From Patescibacteria group bacterium (GTDB lineage Bacteria > Patescibacteriota > Patescibacteriia > JBDRGY01): a stretch of 64,000 nucleotides of DNA. The notes beneath the pieces were generated by a model that saw only the letters and a program-made list of their open reading frames with translations, searched no databases and was not told the origin of the DNA. The stretch spans positions 797 through 64,796 of the forward strand of contig JBDRGY010000004.1 in assembly GCA_043817315.1 (NCBI GenBank), in the 5' to 3' direction. Each line of letters opens with the position of its first letter. The first letter of the stretch is position 1. The position numbers were made by a program, and so were the translations under genes. This document shows positions 18,869 to 28,566 of the stretch, in pieces.

Positions 18869-19660
18869 ATGAGTGTATCCAGAATAATATTTGTTACCTC
18901 CTTATTGATTATAATTATTTTCTGTGCTTCCTTTATTTTGTTTCGCTATTATGGCAATCAGGACAATGCAAATTGGTTTAATGATAATTTGCGTGGGGAG
19001 TTAGCAAAGTCTCCGACCTTGCGTTCTTTGTATGCTCTCAATTGGGATGGGGATGCCAAATCTGATTATTTATCCAACAGAAAATTTAAGAAACTAGTGA
19101 TCGAAATTGAATCAATCCAGCAATGTGCTTTGTATTTTGCGGATAATCAAGCGTTGGCTGACCAGATCAATGACTTGATCCAAAAACCAGAAGGAGTCGA
19201 AATTATATTGAATGATTCCATCGATGAAGACGAAATTATTTTCTTGGAAAGCAACCCCCTTGATAGAGCAGTTTCCCGCCTCAAAGCTCGATTGCAGAAT
19301 CATAAGACAGGGGGTGATACCGCTTTTTTGCATGTTTTATGCCTGGATTACAACCGGGATGCCAGCACGACCATCGGCGCCACTTATGAAAACACAACCG
19401 TATTGCTTTTTTATAATAGAATCAAAGAAGTGACCGAAAAAAACTCAGCTGCCCTGCCCATCTATTTAAAAACTACCCTGTTACACGAATTTGGCCACCA
19501 ATTGGGGTTACCGCACCTTGAAGACACCGGCTGTATGATGGCGGCCACAGTAGAAAGTCCTGGCAATGCGATCGGAGCCCTGGACCAAATTCCTCAATCT
19601 TTTTGCCCGGCCAGTTTAAATATGATTCAAACGTTACGTTTGCAGTATCAAGAAACTTAA
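18869..19660 (+). CDS. membrane-anchored metzincin-like zinc metalloprotease
   Basis: HEFGHQLGLPH = HExxHxxGxxH, followed by Cys/Met. Confidence 0.55.
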   Translation: MSVSRIIFVTSLLIIIIFCASFILFRYYGNQDNANWFNDNLRGELAKSPTLRSLYALNWDGDAKSDYLSNRKFKKLVIEIESIQQCALYFADNQALADQINDLIQKPEGVEIILNDSIDEDEIIFLESNPLDRAVSRLKARLQNHKTGGDTAFLHVLCLDYNRDASTTIGATYENTTVLLFYNRIKEVTEKNSAALPIYLKTTLLHEFGHQLGLPHLEDTGCMMAATVESPGNAIGALDQIPQSFCPASLNMIQTLRLQYQET

Positions 19661-19693
19661 TCCCGCTTTTGTCTTAGTATTATTGAACTTTAA

Positions 19694-20563
19694 ATGCCAG
19701 AATTACCAGAAGTCGAAACCATTGTTAGAGACTTAAAAACCAAGCTAAAAGGTAAAAAGATTACCAATTTCACCAGCGATCGGCCCCGACAGCTGAATCT
19801 GTCGGTGGCTTCCTTTGCGAAGAAAATAGCGGGATCTAATTTTATTAATGTCAGGCGCCGGGCCAAGATAATAATCCTTGATTTAAATATAGGACAAAGT
19901 ATCTTGATTCATCTAAAAATGACCGGTCAGTTAATTATGCGTGATCGATCTGGTAAATACTCGGGTGGAGGACATCCCATCGACCATTACTTAAAGGAGC
20001 TACCTAATAAGTTTACTCATGCTATTTGGCATCTCCAGGGCGGCCAGCAGCTTTTTTTTAATGACATTAGAATGTTTGGCTATATTAAACTGGTGCCCAC
20101 CAAAGAATTGCCGGAACTATTTAACAAGATGAAACTGGGGCCGGAGCCGTTGAGCCCCTTATTTAACCTGGCCATGTTCAAGACATTGCTGGAGCGGAAG
20201 AAAATTGCCAAGATCAAGCCTTTATTAATGGAGCAGTCCTTTATAGCCGGGATCGGAAATATCTATGCTGATGAAGTCTGCTATTACGCCAAGGTAAAAC
20301 CAACCAGGATAGTCGGATTCCTCAAAGATGAAGAGATAAAAAAACTGTATCTAGGTATTAAAGAAATACTGCCCCAGGCTATTGAATCCAGGGGGACTTC
20401 AGCTGATACCTATGTTGACAGTGATGGCCAAAAAGGTAATTATGAGACCCAGCTAAAAGTATACGGTCGCAAAAAAGAAAAATGCCTGAAATGTCAGACA
20501 CCGCTTAAGTCTATGAAATTGAGAGGGCGCACTACCGTTTTTTGCCCTAAGTGCCAGGCATGA
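19694..20563 (+). CDS. mutM: formamidopyrimidine-DNA glycosylase
   Basis: MPELPEVETI N-terminus. C-terminal CxxC...CxxC zinc finger. Confidence 0.9.
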   Translation: MPELPEVETIVRDLKTKLKGKKITNFTSDRPRQLNLSVASFAKKIAGSNFINVRRRAKIIILDLNIGQSILIHLKMTGQLIMRDRSGKYSGGGHPIDHYLKELPNKFTHAIWHLQGGQQLFFNDIRMFGYIKLVPTKELPELFNKMKLGPEPLSPLFNLAMFKTLLERKKIAKIKPLLMEQSFIAGIGNIYADEVCYYAKVKPTRIVGFLKDEEIKKLYLGIKEILPQAIESRGTSADTYVDSDGQKGNYETQLKVYGRKKEKCLKCQTPLKSMKLRGRTTVFCPKCQA

Positions 20564-21002
20564 CCAACCAGTGGTACAGAAAGCTAGTTATTATCCCTAA
20601 AGCCCCGCCAGTGGTTACTTGCAAGAAAGTATGGCCCAATCTTTCCCTGAGACGGGGCAGCTGTTTCCTTTCTGGCTCCGGCAGTTTATCGACTAAATGA
20701 TTTAGAACTTTACTTTGTTGGCCTAGAATCAGCCTGAAACCCATTGCGTCTCTGATAACAATAGCCATCAGGATAAAAGAAACGGCAAAGATGGCAGTAT
20801 TGATTCCCTCAGTTAAGCCGAGTATAGCGGTCAGAGAAACCACAAAGGCGGTGTGAGCCGAGGGCATGCCACCGTAAGAAGCAAGAAGCTCGTGCCAATT
20901 AAAATTTCCCTTGATTTGATCAGTAGCAAGCTTTATGGCCTGCGTTATCAATCCGGCCAGGATAGGCACGATTAGAATAGCGTATTCTTGAAAAAAATTC
21001 AT
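20547..21002 (-). CDS. DUF212 (divergent PAP2/YuiD-like) membrane protein
   Basis: GGMPSAHTAFV motif. Confidence 0.7.
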   Translation of the reverse strand: MNFFQEYAILIVPILAGLITQAIKLATDQIKGNFNWHELLASYGGMPSAHTAFVVSLTAILGLTEGINTAIFAVSFILMAIVIRDAMGFRLILGQQSKVLNHLVDKLPEPERKQLPRLRERLGHTFLQVTTGGALGIITSFLYHWLVMPGT

Positions 21003-21821
21003 ATGGATATAATATGCTCAATTATTGCCGGTATCATTCAGGGCGTTACAGAATTCCTGCCAATTTCTTCGTCCGGTCATCTTGTATTATTTCATCAACT
21101 GGTTGAATTTGAAGTGTTAAACGACTTGCTTTTTGATGTGGTGCTGCATTTGGGAACTCTGATTTCTCTGCTGATCTATTTCCGGAAAGATATTGGTAAA
21201 TACATAATAGCCTTTTTTCAAAGTTTTGCAAAGTGGCAGTTAAGAGATAACCTGGATCAGCGTTTAGCCTGGTTTATTGTTATCGGAACCATCCCGGCTG
21301 TAGTTCTGGGATATTTTCTGGATAATATTTTTGAGAATTTTTTCCGTCAAACTTATTGGGTAGCTATTATGTTGATTTTGGTGGCCATTTTATTTTATGT
21401 TCTAGAAAAGATTGCTCCCAAGAATAAGGATTTTAGCGCCCTCAATGTCAAGAATACATTGATGATTGGCTTGGCCCAGGCTATTGCCCTGATTCCCGGG
21501 GTTTCGCGCTCCGGTATTACCATTTTAGCTGGCATGGGTAGCGGTTTAACCAGGCAAATGGCGGCCCGTTTTTCCTTTTTATTATCAATTCCGGTTGTTT
21601 TGGGAGCCGGGCTGAAGAAATCACTAGAGATGACCAGCTATTCCCTTGATGCGGCAACAACCGGGGTTCTGGTAGCAGGTTTTCTGGCTTCAGCTATAGC
21701 TGGTTATGTCTGTATCAAGTATTTCCTGAGATATCTACAAAAAAATACCCTGAAACCATTTGCCATCTACCGCATCTTTCTGGCCTTGGTGGTTTTCGGG
21801 TATTTTTATATATTTAGATAA
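20988..21821 (+). CDS. uppP: undecaprenyl-diphosphatase
   Basis: VTEFLPISSSGHLVLF canonical BacA/UppP motif. Confidence 0.9.
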   Translation: MKKIHMDIICSIIAGIIQGVTEFLPISSSGHLVLFHQLVEFEVLNDLLFDVVLHLGTLISLLIYFRKDIGKYIIAFFQSFAKWQLRDNLDQRLAWFIVIGTIPAVVLGYFLDNIFENFFRQTYWVAIMLILVAILFYVLEKIAPKNKDFSALNVKNTLMIGLAQAIALIPGVSRSGITILAGMGSGLTRQMAARFSFLLSIPVVLGAGLKKSLEMTSYSLDAATTGVLVAGFLASAIAGYVCIKYFLRYLQKNTLKPFAIYRIFLALVVFGYFYIFR

Positions 21822-23382
21822 TTTTGACTATCTCGGGAACTCTTTCCAGGAAATGGAAACGCATCAGCAGTAAAGCAATAGTCAGTCCAGCTACCAGCAG
21901 GGTTTGTAAAATCGTGGGAGCGTGCTGAACTCTGACTTTGATCAGGATATTCAACAGTAAAGCGATTATAATAAAGGCTAAGAATATTTCGTAGAAACGC
22001 TTGGTGAAATTAATAACTTTTTCCACCAAGTTTTCTTTTTTATCGGGTTTAATCTCCGCCACTATATGGGCAGAAGTGGTCTGATCTTCGTTAACGTTGG
22101 AGATAGACTGATTGGTATTGGCGTTTAGGTTGGTATTGGTTATCGTTGCTGGGGGAGTTTCCTCGGTAACAGGAGCGGTTACTTCTTGCTGGGGTTCGGC
22201 CGGAGCAGGTTCCGGTTCGGCATCTGTAGCTGATTCGATTACCGGTATGGCAGTAACGGTTATGGGAATAGAAAGATCCCCGCCGGGAATAAAGGTGACG
22301 TTCTCAGCGACCAGTTGAAAATCCTCTACGTATTCCCCCGGCTCATCCGGTGCTTGAAGGGCAAAGGTAAAGCGACCAGTTTCAGATACGCCCACTGATT
22401 GATTATCTAGACGGGTAGCACGATAAAACTGTTCATCCCAATAATTATGTTTGAAAGGACTGACCCGTCCTGGCGGGTTAGTAACATTTATAGCTACAAA
22501 GTATTGGCCGGTATTGCTCCAAGCAACAGTTCCGGTATTTTTGAAATCAGCCCAATAAGTTAGAGCTTTTCCGGCTTGCAGACTGACTCTTTGGTAGCTT
22601 TGAGCTACTAATTCAGTAGCATAGGATTCTGCCAGAGATTCAGCCGGAGGTGCTGGTGGAGCTACTGGTTCTGGGGTTGGGGTTGGTTCGGGGGTTGGTT
22701 CGGGGGTTGGTTCGGTCACCGGTTCAGGCTCTTCTTCTTGGGAAGGAGTAGTCACCGGTATGGCCGGTTCTGGTTCGGGCACATAAGAAGCTCCGAAGAA
22801 CTGGACACAGACAATAGTTTTACGCCCTTCGATTTCTCCGGCCAGAACAGCCACTCCGATTTCTTTATAACTGGAATTAACAATATTTTTACGATGAGTG
22901 GGAGAAGCCATCCAGGCGTTGACCACATCTTCAGCTTCGATAAAGTCCATCGCCAGATTTTCCCCAGCGTAAGTGTAGACATATCCTGCGTTTTTAAACC
23001 AATACCAAGGTGTAGTTCCCGAAGGTGAAGTATGGGCAAAATAGTTAGTAGCTACCATATCCTGGGCCTTAGCCATGGCTGCCTGATTAAGAACTGAGTT
23101 TTGAGTTAAGGTGGCCAAGCCCTCTCCAACCCTGGCTGAATTGGTCATATTAATAATGTTGGCGGTGGTTATGGAGGCAAATGATGCTTCATCTGGGTAG
23201 GAAAAGAAAAAGAATGAAGTAGTAACCAACTTAACAACAATTAACAGAGCACTATAAAATCTTAGAGCACCCGGACGTAAAGCGTGTGGTTTATGATTAT
23301 TGCAGACATTGGGAATAAAATAATGATTGAAATTATTATTTCCCTCTTTACATCGCACCAGGTTTTTCGGCTCGTATCCCAT
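21814..23382 (-). CDS. membrane-anchored CAP/SCP (YkwD-like) domain protein with PT/PE-rich linker and C-terminal domain
   Basis: NYFAHTSPSG...GENLAMDF...AWMASPTHRKNI CAP motifs. (EPTP)n linker. C-terminal TM helix. Confidence 0.7.
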   Translation of the reverse strand: MGYEPKNLVRCKEGNNNFNHYFIPNVCNNHKPHALRPGALRFYSALLIVVKLVTTSFFFFSYPDEASFASITTANIINMTNSARVGEGLATLTQNSVLNQAAMAKAQDMVATNYFAHTSPSGTTPWYWFKNAGYVYTYAGENLAMDFIEAEDVVNAWMASPTHRKNIVNSSYKEIGVAVLAGEIEGRKTIVCVQFFGASYVPEPEPAIPVTTPSQEEEPEPVTEPTPEPTPEPTPTPEPVAPPAPPAESLAESYATELVAQSYQRVSLQAGKALTYWADFKNTGTVAWSNTGQYFVAINVTNPPGRVSPFKHNYWDEQFYRATRLDNQSVGVSETGRFTFALQAPDEPGEYVEDFQLVAENVTFIPGGDLSIPITVTAIPVIESATDAEPEPAPAEPQQEVTAPVTEETPPATITNTNLNANTNQSISNVNEDQTTSAHIVAEIKPDKKENLVEKVINFTKRFYEIFLAFIIIALLLNILIKVRVQHAPTILQTLLVAGLTIALLLMRFHFLERVPEIVKII

Positions 23383-23631
23383 TGTTTTTATTATAGATTA
23401 ATTCCCTAATTTTTAACAGGTTATTATAGACTAAAAATCATAAAATGTCAACCCCGAAACAAATTTATGATTTCTGAACCCTTTTTTGGGCCCCTTTTTT
23501 AAACTAGCATTTTATTATATATTGAAACGCTATATTATTTCTGGTTTGTTTATACATTTATGTACAAATAGACCCAAATCTTATCAGTTACGGAAAATTT
23601 GTTACGGGGTCAAGGCTTGCTGGTTTTGATA

Positions 23632-23661
23632 CAAAAAAACGGGACAGTCAGCCCCGTTTTT
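23632..23661 (-). terminator. rho-independent terminator after the sortase gene (hairpin is bidirectional-capable)
   Basis: AAAAAAACGGG-acagtcagc-CCCGTTTTT. Confidence 0.6.
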
Positions 23662-23678
23662 ATTATAGGAAAGTATTA

Positions 23679-24314
23679 TTAGATTAGTTCACCGATTACC
23701 ACTAATCGTTTGTCAGTGGAGAACAGGGGAGTGCAGGTAAATAGAGTAACTCGGGGAGTTTCTGTTGCTTCTTTGATACTGATTTCATTGGGTTCGACGA
23801 TTTTAGTTTCTGTTACTACATAATCGTATTCTTGCTCTTGCCAGTAAACAATGAAATTATCGCCATTGGTTATTTTGTCCAGGAGATAAAAGGTTTGGCT
23901 GGATGGGGGGCGGTAGCGAAAGCGATGAGCTGAAATCACCATATTACTGCCATCTACCGGATCGCTGGTATCGGGCAAATGCCAAGCTCCTTGATTGAGA
24001 CAAAGGCCCTCATTGGTACCTTCAATGATTTTGATATAGACCCCGATTTTAGGAATCACCAGATAGTTTTCCAGAGGAATACCTGCTTCGTTGAGGGGAA
24101 TACTGCTTTCTCTCCGTTCAATATCCGGCAAAGTGCTTGATTCTTCTTCATTAACTAATTGAGTGGGAAACGGGTAGTACGGTTCGGGTTCACTGACGCT
24201 ATATTTTATCAAAGGAAAAAAGGGATAGCTGATGACCACTATCCCGATGACAATTAAGGCTATGGCAAGTATCTTGAGCGCTTTGCGTTGTTGCCCAGTC
24301 AGGGATTTAGTCAA
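23679..24314 (-). CDS. sortase (transpeptidase)
   Basis: N-terminal TM anchor. VISAHRF His motif. TLFTCTP = TLxTC catalytic Cys motif. Confidence 0.75.
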   Translation of the reverse strand: MTKSLTGQQRKALKILAIALIVIGIVVISYPFFPLIKYSVSEPEPYYPFPTQLVNEEESSTLPDIERRESSIPLNEAGIPLENYLVIPKIGVYIKIIEGTNEGLCLNQGAWHLPDTSDPVDGSNMVISAHRFRYRPPSSQTFYLLDKITNGDNFIVYWQEQEYDYVVTETKIVEPNEISIKEATETPRVTLFTCTPLFSTDKRLVVIGELI

Positions 24315-24346
24315 TTTTCTACCCCTTTTTCCTTATATAGTAGTTT

Positions 24347-26914
24347 TTAAGCGCGTTTGTGGGCGAAGCTGTATATGGTGATACCACCGGCAATCAACAT
24401 CAGGGCAAAAGCAGCCAGCAGCCAATCCATCATAGTAGCTCCGGTTTCAGTAAGATCGTCTTCAGCACCTAAAACTTGTCCCGCTCTGACTTCCAGGGAG
24501 ACTTTATCATTGACATCATTGACATCGTCAGCTGAAGCAACGGCCAGGTTGATGTATTTGCCGTTCTGCATGGAGGCATCTACTTTTACTTCATAGGTAA
24601 CATCTTTGACTTCACCTGGTACTAGATCACCCAATTCCCAAGAATGGGTATAGCTACCAGATTCGGTGAAAGTGAATCCTTCAGGCAAGATATCAACCAA
24701 TTTGACGTTGAGGGCTGGTGCTTCACCAACACTGGTCACTGTGACCGTGTAGTTGGCAGTACCACCCGGATTGACCAGTTCTTTATCTACGGTCTTTTCT
24801 ATTGCCAGTTCGGATCCGGCTTCTTCACCTAAGACAGTAGGCACTCTAACGTCTATTTTGGCGTCATCAGAAACATCGTCGTGGTTATCGGCTTTAGTGA
24901 TAGCCACATTATCGTATTCTCCTTCACCGAGATTGCTGTCTACATAGACTGTGTAGTTGATTGAATGGTCATCACCAGCAGCTAGAGTGCCAATATCGAA
25001 CATCTTCACTCTTTCACCGGTGTTGGCTCCATTTTCGTAGAAGTAGAGACCAGCTGGCAGAGTATCGGTGACGGTGACGTTCTCCGCTTGGCCTTTACCG
25101 GAATTGCTAACGGTAACAGTATAATCAACTGTCTTTCCAGGATTGGTCAGAGTGGTGCCAGTAGTCTTTAGGATTCCCAGGGAAGGCAAGGCCAGAATAG
25201 TTGTCTCTTCCTCAGCCGTAGCAACAACGTACATTTGTCTGGTGGCTGCCATAGTAAAGTCCGCTTCAACTCCATTTTCCACAACATCATACTCCGTGCT
25301 CAGAGTGGCTTCGTTGATCAAGACAGTGGCATCATCTATTCCACTATTAACCTCAACATCTATCCAAACGGAACCTGAGGCTACTGCTTCACGGAAACCC
25401 AAGTCCCAAGTGACAGTATGGGTGGCTGCGTCATAGGTGCCGCCGTCTGAGTCTATGTAAGTAACCTCAGCCGGTAGCGGATCTGTTAGGGTCAGATGAA
25501 TAGCATACCCTTCAGTCAATTCCCAATCGAGGGTATAACGGAAGGTTTCCGCTTCCATAACCGGATCAGCGCTGTCGGTTTTGTCCAGAGCGAGAACCGG
25601 TTCCACAATCGGCTCAGCTGTTTGGTAATTGATGAAATTATACATTGTCGGCTCTTCTTCAAAGCCGGTATTGGATTGGATATTTACCATGTGTCCATCT
25701 ACTGGAGACAGAGCGGCCCAGCCCTCTTGCATGGTTTCAGTTACCATGTAATCACCAAATTTTAGACCAGTAAATTCGTAATAACCATTTTCATTAGTAG
25801 TTTCACAGTTATCTTCCGGTAGCAAGCCAACCACATTCGCTACAAAATCTCCTTCTGGTGGTTGAACACTTTCTAGCACATCCAGACAGATTTCCCAGCC
25901 CGGTAGGGGAGTATCTGAACTATCGTATTTATAACCGGCAATACGTCCCGGATGGATGTTGCCGAAGTTGCACATAATAGGCACGTCTCCCACAAAGTTT
26001 TCTTCTAGTTCTTCTGTGCAAGTGCCTTCATTATCGTAAGGTAGGGTAACCCAATGGCAGGCATCAGCTTCAGGACTGGTTTGGTTCCAGCCCGGTTGTC
26101 CTACTTCACAGATGTGATAGGTTCCTCTTTCCAGGTTCTCGAACCAGTACCAACCTAGATGTTGTGGATCTGAACTAGTTACCATGGTATCAATCGGATT
26201 CTCCAGATCACTTTCTTTATAGAGTTTGATTGTCCAACCAGGTAGCTTCGGATCATCGTTGTCTTTACCGTTAATGTTCAAGTCGTTGAACTTGTAGCCA
26301 TGGATTGAGTACGTCGGAACAGCGACATTAAAGCCAACGCAGTAGTATTCACCGCCAGAGACTGCATTTATATAATCGTAATTATCGTAGTTTAATACAT
26401 CTTCGTCGCAGTAGAATTCTGCACTAATGGCTTCGCCATTTGCATCACCTGTGTTTCCGCCATGGAATGGCACATAGCCGGCTTGTAAAACTTCACGGAA
26501 CCAGACAGTTGCGCCAGCACCAACATTAATTGTTGTTGATGAGCCAAAAGTAGTCCAGTTTCCGCCAGCAGTACCAATAAGTGTATCGCCAGCATCGGAA
26601 ACCTGTCCATCAAATCCCCATTCAAATTCCCAGTCATCAACTAGTTCACAACCCTCGTGGGTATCGGCCCAAATCTGTGCAGTTGAAGAGGTAATTGCAC
26701 TACCGCCATCACCCCAGTCCGGTAGTTTGGATTCATCATCGCAGACAACTTTGTAAGCTGTGATGGTAGCTTCTACGCTTACAGCCACAGCTCTTTCCGG
26801 AGCCAGAAATAAAACACTCGCCGAACTCATATAGACGACGAGAGTGATATTAACAATCAGATTAGTGGTTTTAATTAGTTTTTGTTTCCATACTTTCTTG
26901 GTTGTTTGACTCAT
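24347..26914 (-). CDS. large cell-surface protein with Cna-B/SdrD-like and DUF11 repeat domains and a C-terminal sorting signal
   Basis: Signal peptide. GYKFNDLNINGKDNDDPKLPGWTIKLY (Cna B-like). Repeated TVTVxNxGxGxAxNVxVxDxLPxG (DUF11). C-terminus DDLTETG + 25 hydrophobic residues + HKRA. Confidence 0.75.
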   Translation of the reverse strand: MSQTTKKVWKQKLIKTTNLIVNITLVVYMSSASVLFLAPERAVAVSVEATITAYKVVCDDESKLPDWGDGGSAITSSTAQIWADTHEGCELVDDWEFEWGFDGQVSDAGDTLIGTAGGNWTTFGSSTTINVGAGATVWFREVLQAGYVPFHGGNTGDANGEAISAEFYCDEDVLNYDNYDYINAVSGGEYYCVGFNVAVPTYSIHGYKFNDLNINGKDNDDPKLPGWTIKLYKESDLENPIDTMVTSSDPQHLGWYWFENLERGTYHICEVGQPGWNQTSPEADACHWVTLPYDNEGTCTEELEENFVGDVPIMCNFGNIHPGRIAGYKYDSSDTPLPGWEICLDVLESVQPPEGDFVANVVGLLPEDNCETTNENGYYEFTGLKFGDYMVTETMQEGWAALSPVDGHMVNIQSNTGFEEEPTMYNFINYQTAEPIVEPVLALDKTDSADPVMEAETFRYTLDWELTEGYAIHLTLTDPLPAEVTYIDSDGGTYDAATHTVTWDLGFREAVASGSVWIDVEVNSGIDDATVLINEATLSTEYDVVENGVEADFTMAATRQMYVVATAEEETTILALPSLGILKTTGTTLTNPGKTVDYTVTVSNSGKGQAENVTVTDTLPAGLYFYENGANTGERVKMFDIGTLAAGDDHSINYTVYVDSNLGEGEYDNVAITKADNHDDVSDDAKIDVRVPTVLGEEAGSELAIEKTVDKELVNPGGTANYTVTVTSVGEAPALNVKLVDILPEGFTFTESGSYTHSWELGDLVPGEVKDVTYEVKVDASMQNGKYINLAVASADDVNDVNDKVSLEVRAGQVLGAEDDLTETGATMMDWLLAAFALMLIAGGITIYSFAHKRA

Positions 26915-27102
26915 ATTTCCTTAATTAATGGTTTAAATTAGGGATTTATATTTAAAATTGACCTTTATTTGAGTATGTAGTCAAGGTAGCAAATTGAGGC
27001 TGTTTGTCAAGTTTATTACAGCATTTTAGGAAAATATGTCAATCTCCAAGCAGCATTATGTTTTCAGGACAACTTAGCACCGCTTGCTCAGTTTGTCAAG
27101 GG

Positions 27103-27132
27103 ATAATAAAAGAGCAGGTATTCTACCTGCTC
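27103..27132 (-). terminator. rho-independent terminator (downstream of 27143..27760)
   Basis: GAGCAGGTA-gaa-TACCTGCTC followed by TTTTATTAT on the minus strand. Confidence 0.6.
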
Positions 27133-27142
27133 CCGGAAAGAA

Positions 27143-27760
27143 CTAAGTGGCTTGCTGCCAGCGTTTGCCGGTGATGAACCGGCCGAAGTGGGGCCAAAAG
27201 GACCAGCGAAGGTTGTGAACCAGAGCCTGTAACAAGATCCAAACAGCCCAGCTACCCAGACAAACTAACAGTCCGGCAGTAGGCCCGGCTCCTAGCCATA
27301 TGTATAAACTGATGATGGCTCCGCGGAACAAAAGTCCGTTGGGACCGCTAACGATGATTGTGGCAAATCCGTAGTAGGCGAAACAGATGAGCATACAGGT
27401 AGTGACCGCATCTCTGTAGTTGAAAAGATAGAGAATGAAGGCCATGAAGGCTCCAATCATGAAACAGGCCACAGGCACCATGGTGGAACCCATGACAAAT
27501 TCTGACCGGTGATTCTTGATTTCGGGATCGAACTTGATGTTAAGGAAGCTGGCGGTCATGGTGAGGGCGACTAAGGGAACATAGACAAGATCCCAAAGCC
27601 GGCTGACTGGCTGGAAAGTCCAGCTATAGAATTGCCAACCTTGACTGGGAATCGATCCGGCAATCAGATGCCAGATCATCCAGAAGGCAGAGATGGTGAC
27701 CAGACTGAACAACGGCCAACGCCAACACAACTGCCATTTCCTGACAGTGACCTGATCCAC
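27143..27760 (-). CDS. Trp-rich polytopic membrane protein (5-6 TM), possible small-solute transporter S-component-like
   Basis: Hydropathy only. No signature motif recognised. Confidence 0.45.
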   Translation of the reverse strand: MDQVTVRKWQLCWRWPLFSLVTISAFWMIWHLIAGSIPSQGWQFYSWTFQPVSRLWDLVYVPLVALTMTASFLNIKFDPEIKNHRSEFVMGSTMVPVACFMIGAFMAFILYLFNYRDAVTTCMLICFAYYGFATIIVSGPNGLLFRGAIISLYIWLGAGPTAGLLVCLGSWAVWILLQALVHNLRWSFWPHFGRFITGKRWQQAT

Positions 27761-27845
27761 TTTTTTCCTCCTTTGGCGGCAGGTTTCAGGTTTCTAATGA
27801 ACAAAGGATAGTTGATAAAATTACCACAGTCAGCAATTTGTTGTC

Positions 27846-27985
27846 AAACAAAAAATCCGGGGTGAACCGGATTATTATCGTTTACCATTGCGAGTCCCGA
27901 GCTATGCTCGGAGCGCGGCAATCCCGTTCTCTTACAGTATCGGGATTACTTCACTTCGCTCCGGCGGAGTTCGCAATGGTTAGTG
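27846..27985 (-). promoter_or_regulatory. GC-rich structured RNA element (about 110 nt) ending in an intrinsic terminator, between a CAP gene and the membrane-protein gene
   Basis: Long-range closing stem CCATTGCGA...TCGCAATGG enclosing three hairpins. Then AATCCGG-ttcacc-CCGGATT followed by TTTTTTGTTT on the minus strand. Confidence 0.3.
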
Positions 27986-28486
27986 TTAGATATTTTGAGG
28001 GTCAGCAAATAGAGCGACAACCAGGATGGAATCCCTTCCATCAATTTTTCCTTTTTGATAAGCAATGCCGATTTCTTGATATTCCGGGGACAGAATCAGT
28101 TTACGGTGAGAAGGACTTTGCATCCAAGCATCGTGAGCTTCAGTCAGATCAACGTAATCCATGGCCAGGTTTTCCCCGGCTTTAGCATAAGGGTAACCAA
28201 CTTTTTCCAGGAAATGCCAGGGACTCTTACCCCAGGGAGAAATATGATCAAAATAGTTATGGTCAAACATATCAGCTAATTTCAATTGAGCCGCCTGCTG
28301 CAGCTTATCGTTCATTGCCAATGACGGCAAACCAAAGTTAATTCTGGCTTGATTGGTCAGGTCAACCAGGCCAGGGGAGTAATCAGCAATTCCTTCGGAA
28401 CTAGTAGGTATCAAAAAAAGCAGGACCGCTAAAAAGCCTACTTTAAGTGATAAAAAAATGATTCGGTTGTCACCCTGTCGTTTCAT
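27986..28486 (-). CDS. secreted CAP/SCP (YkwD-like) domain protein
   Basis: Signal peptide. HNYFDHISPWG...GENLAMDY...AWMQSPSHRKLIL. Confidence 0.7.
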   Translation of the reverse strand: MKRQGDNRIIFLSLKVGFLAVLLFLIPTSSEGIADYSPGLVDLTNQARINFGLPSLAMNDKLQQAAQLKLADMFDHNYFDHISPWGKSPWHFLEKVGYPYAKAGENLAMDYVDLTEAHDAWMQSPSHRKLILSPEYQEIGIAYQKGKIDGRDSILVVALFADPQNI

Positions 28487-28566
28487 TTTAGTTTTTCTTT
28501 TTGTTTTTGACGAGAAGTTCTTTATTCTCTACAATAAGTATATCACAAAATGACAATAAAATCAAG

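Noticed and set aside
27838-28279. ORFs 27838..28185(+) and 28055..28279(+) antisense to the secreted CAP gene
   Set aside because: Antisense to a motif-supported CDS. The 5' part coincides with the structured element and terminator.
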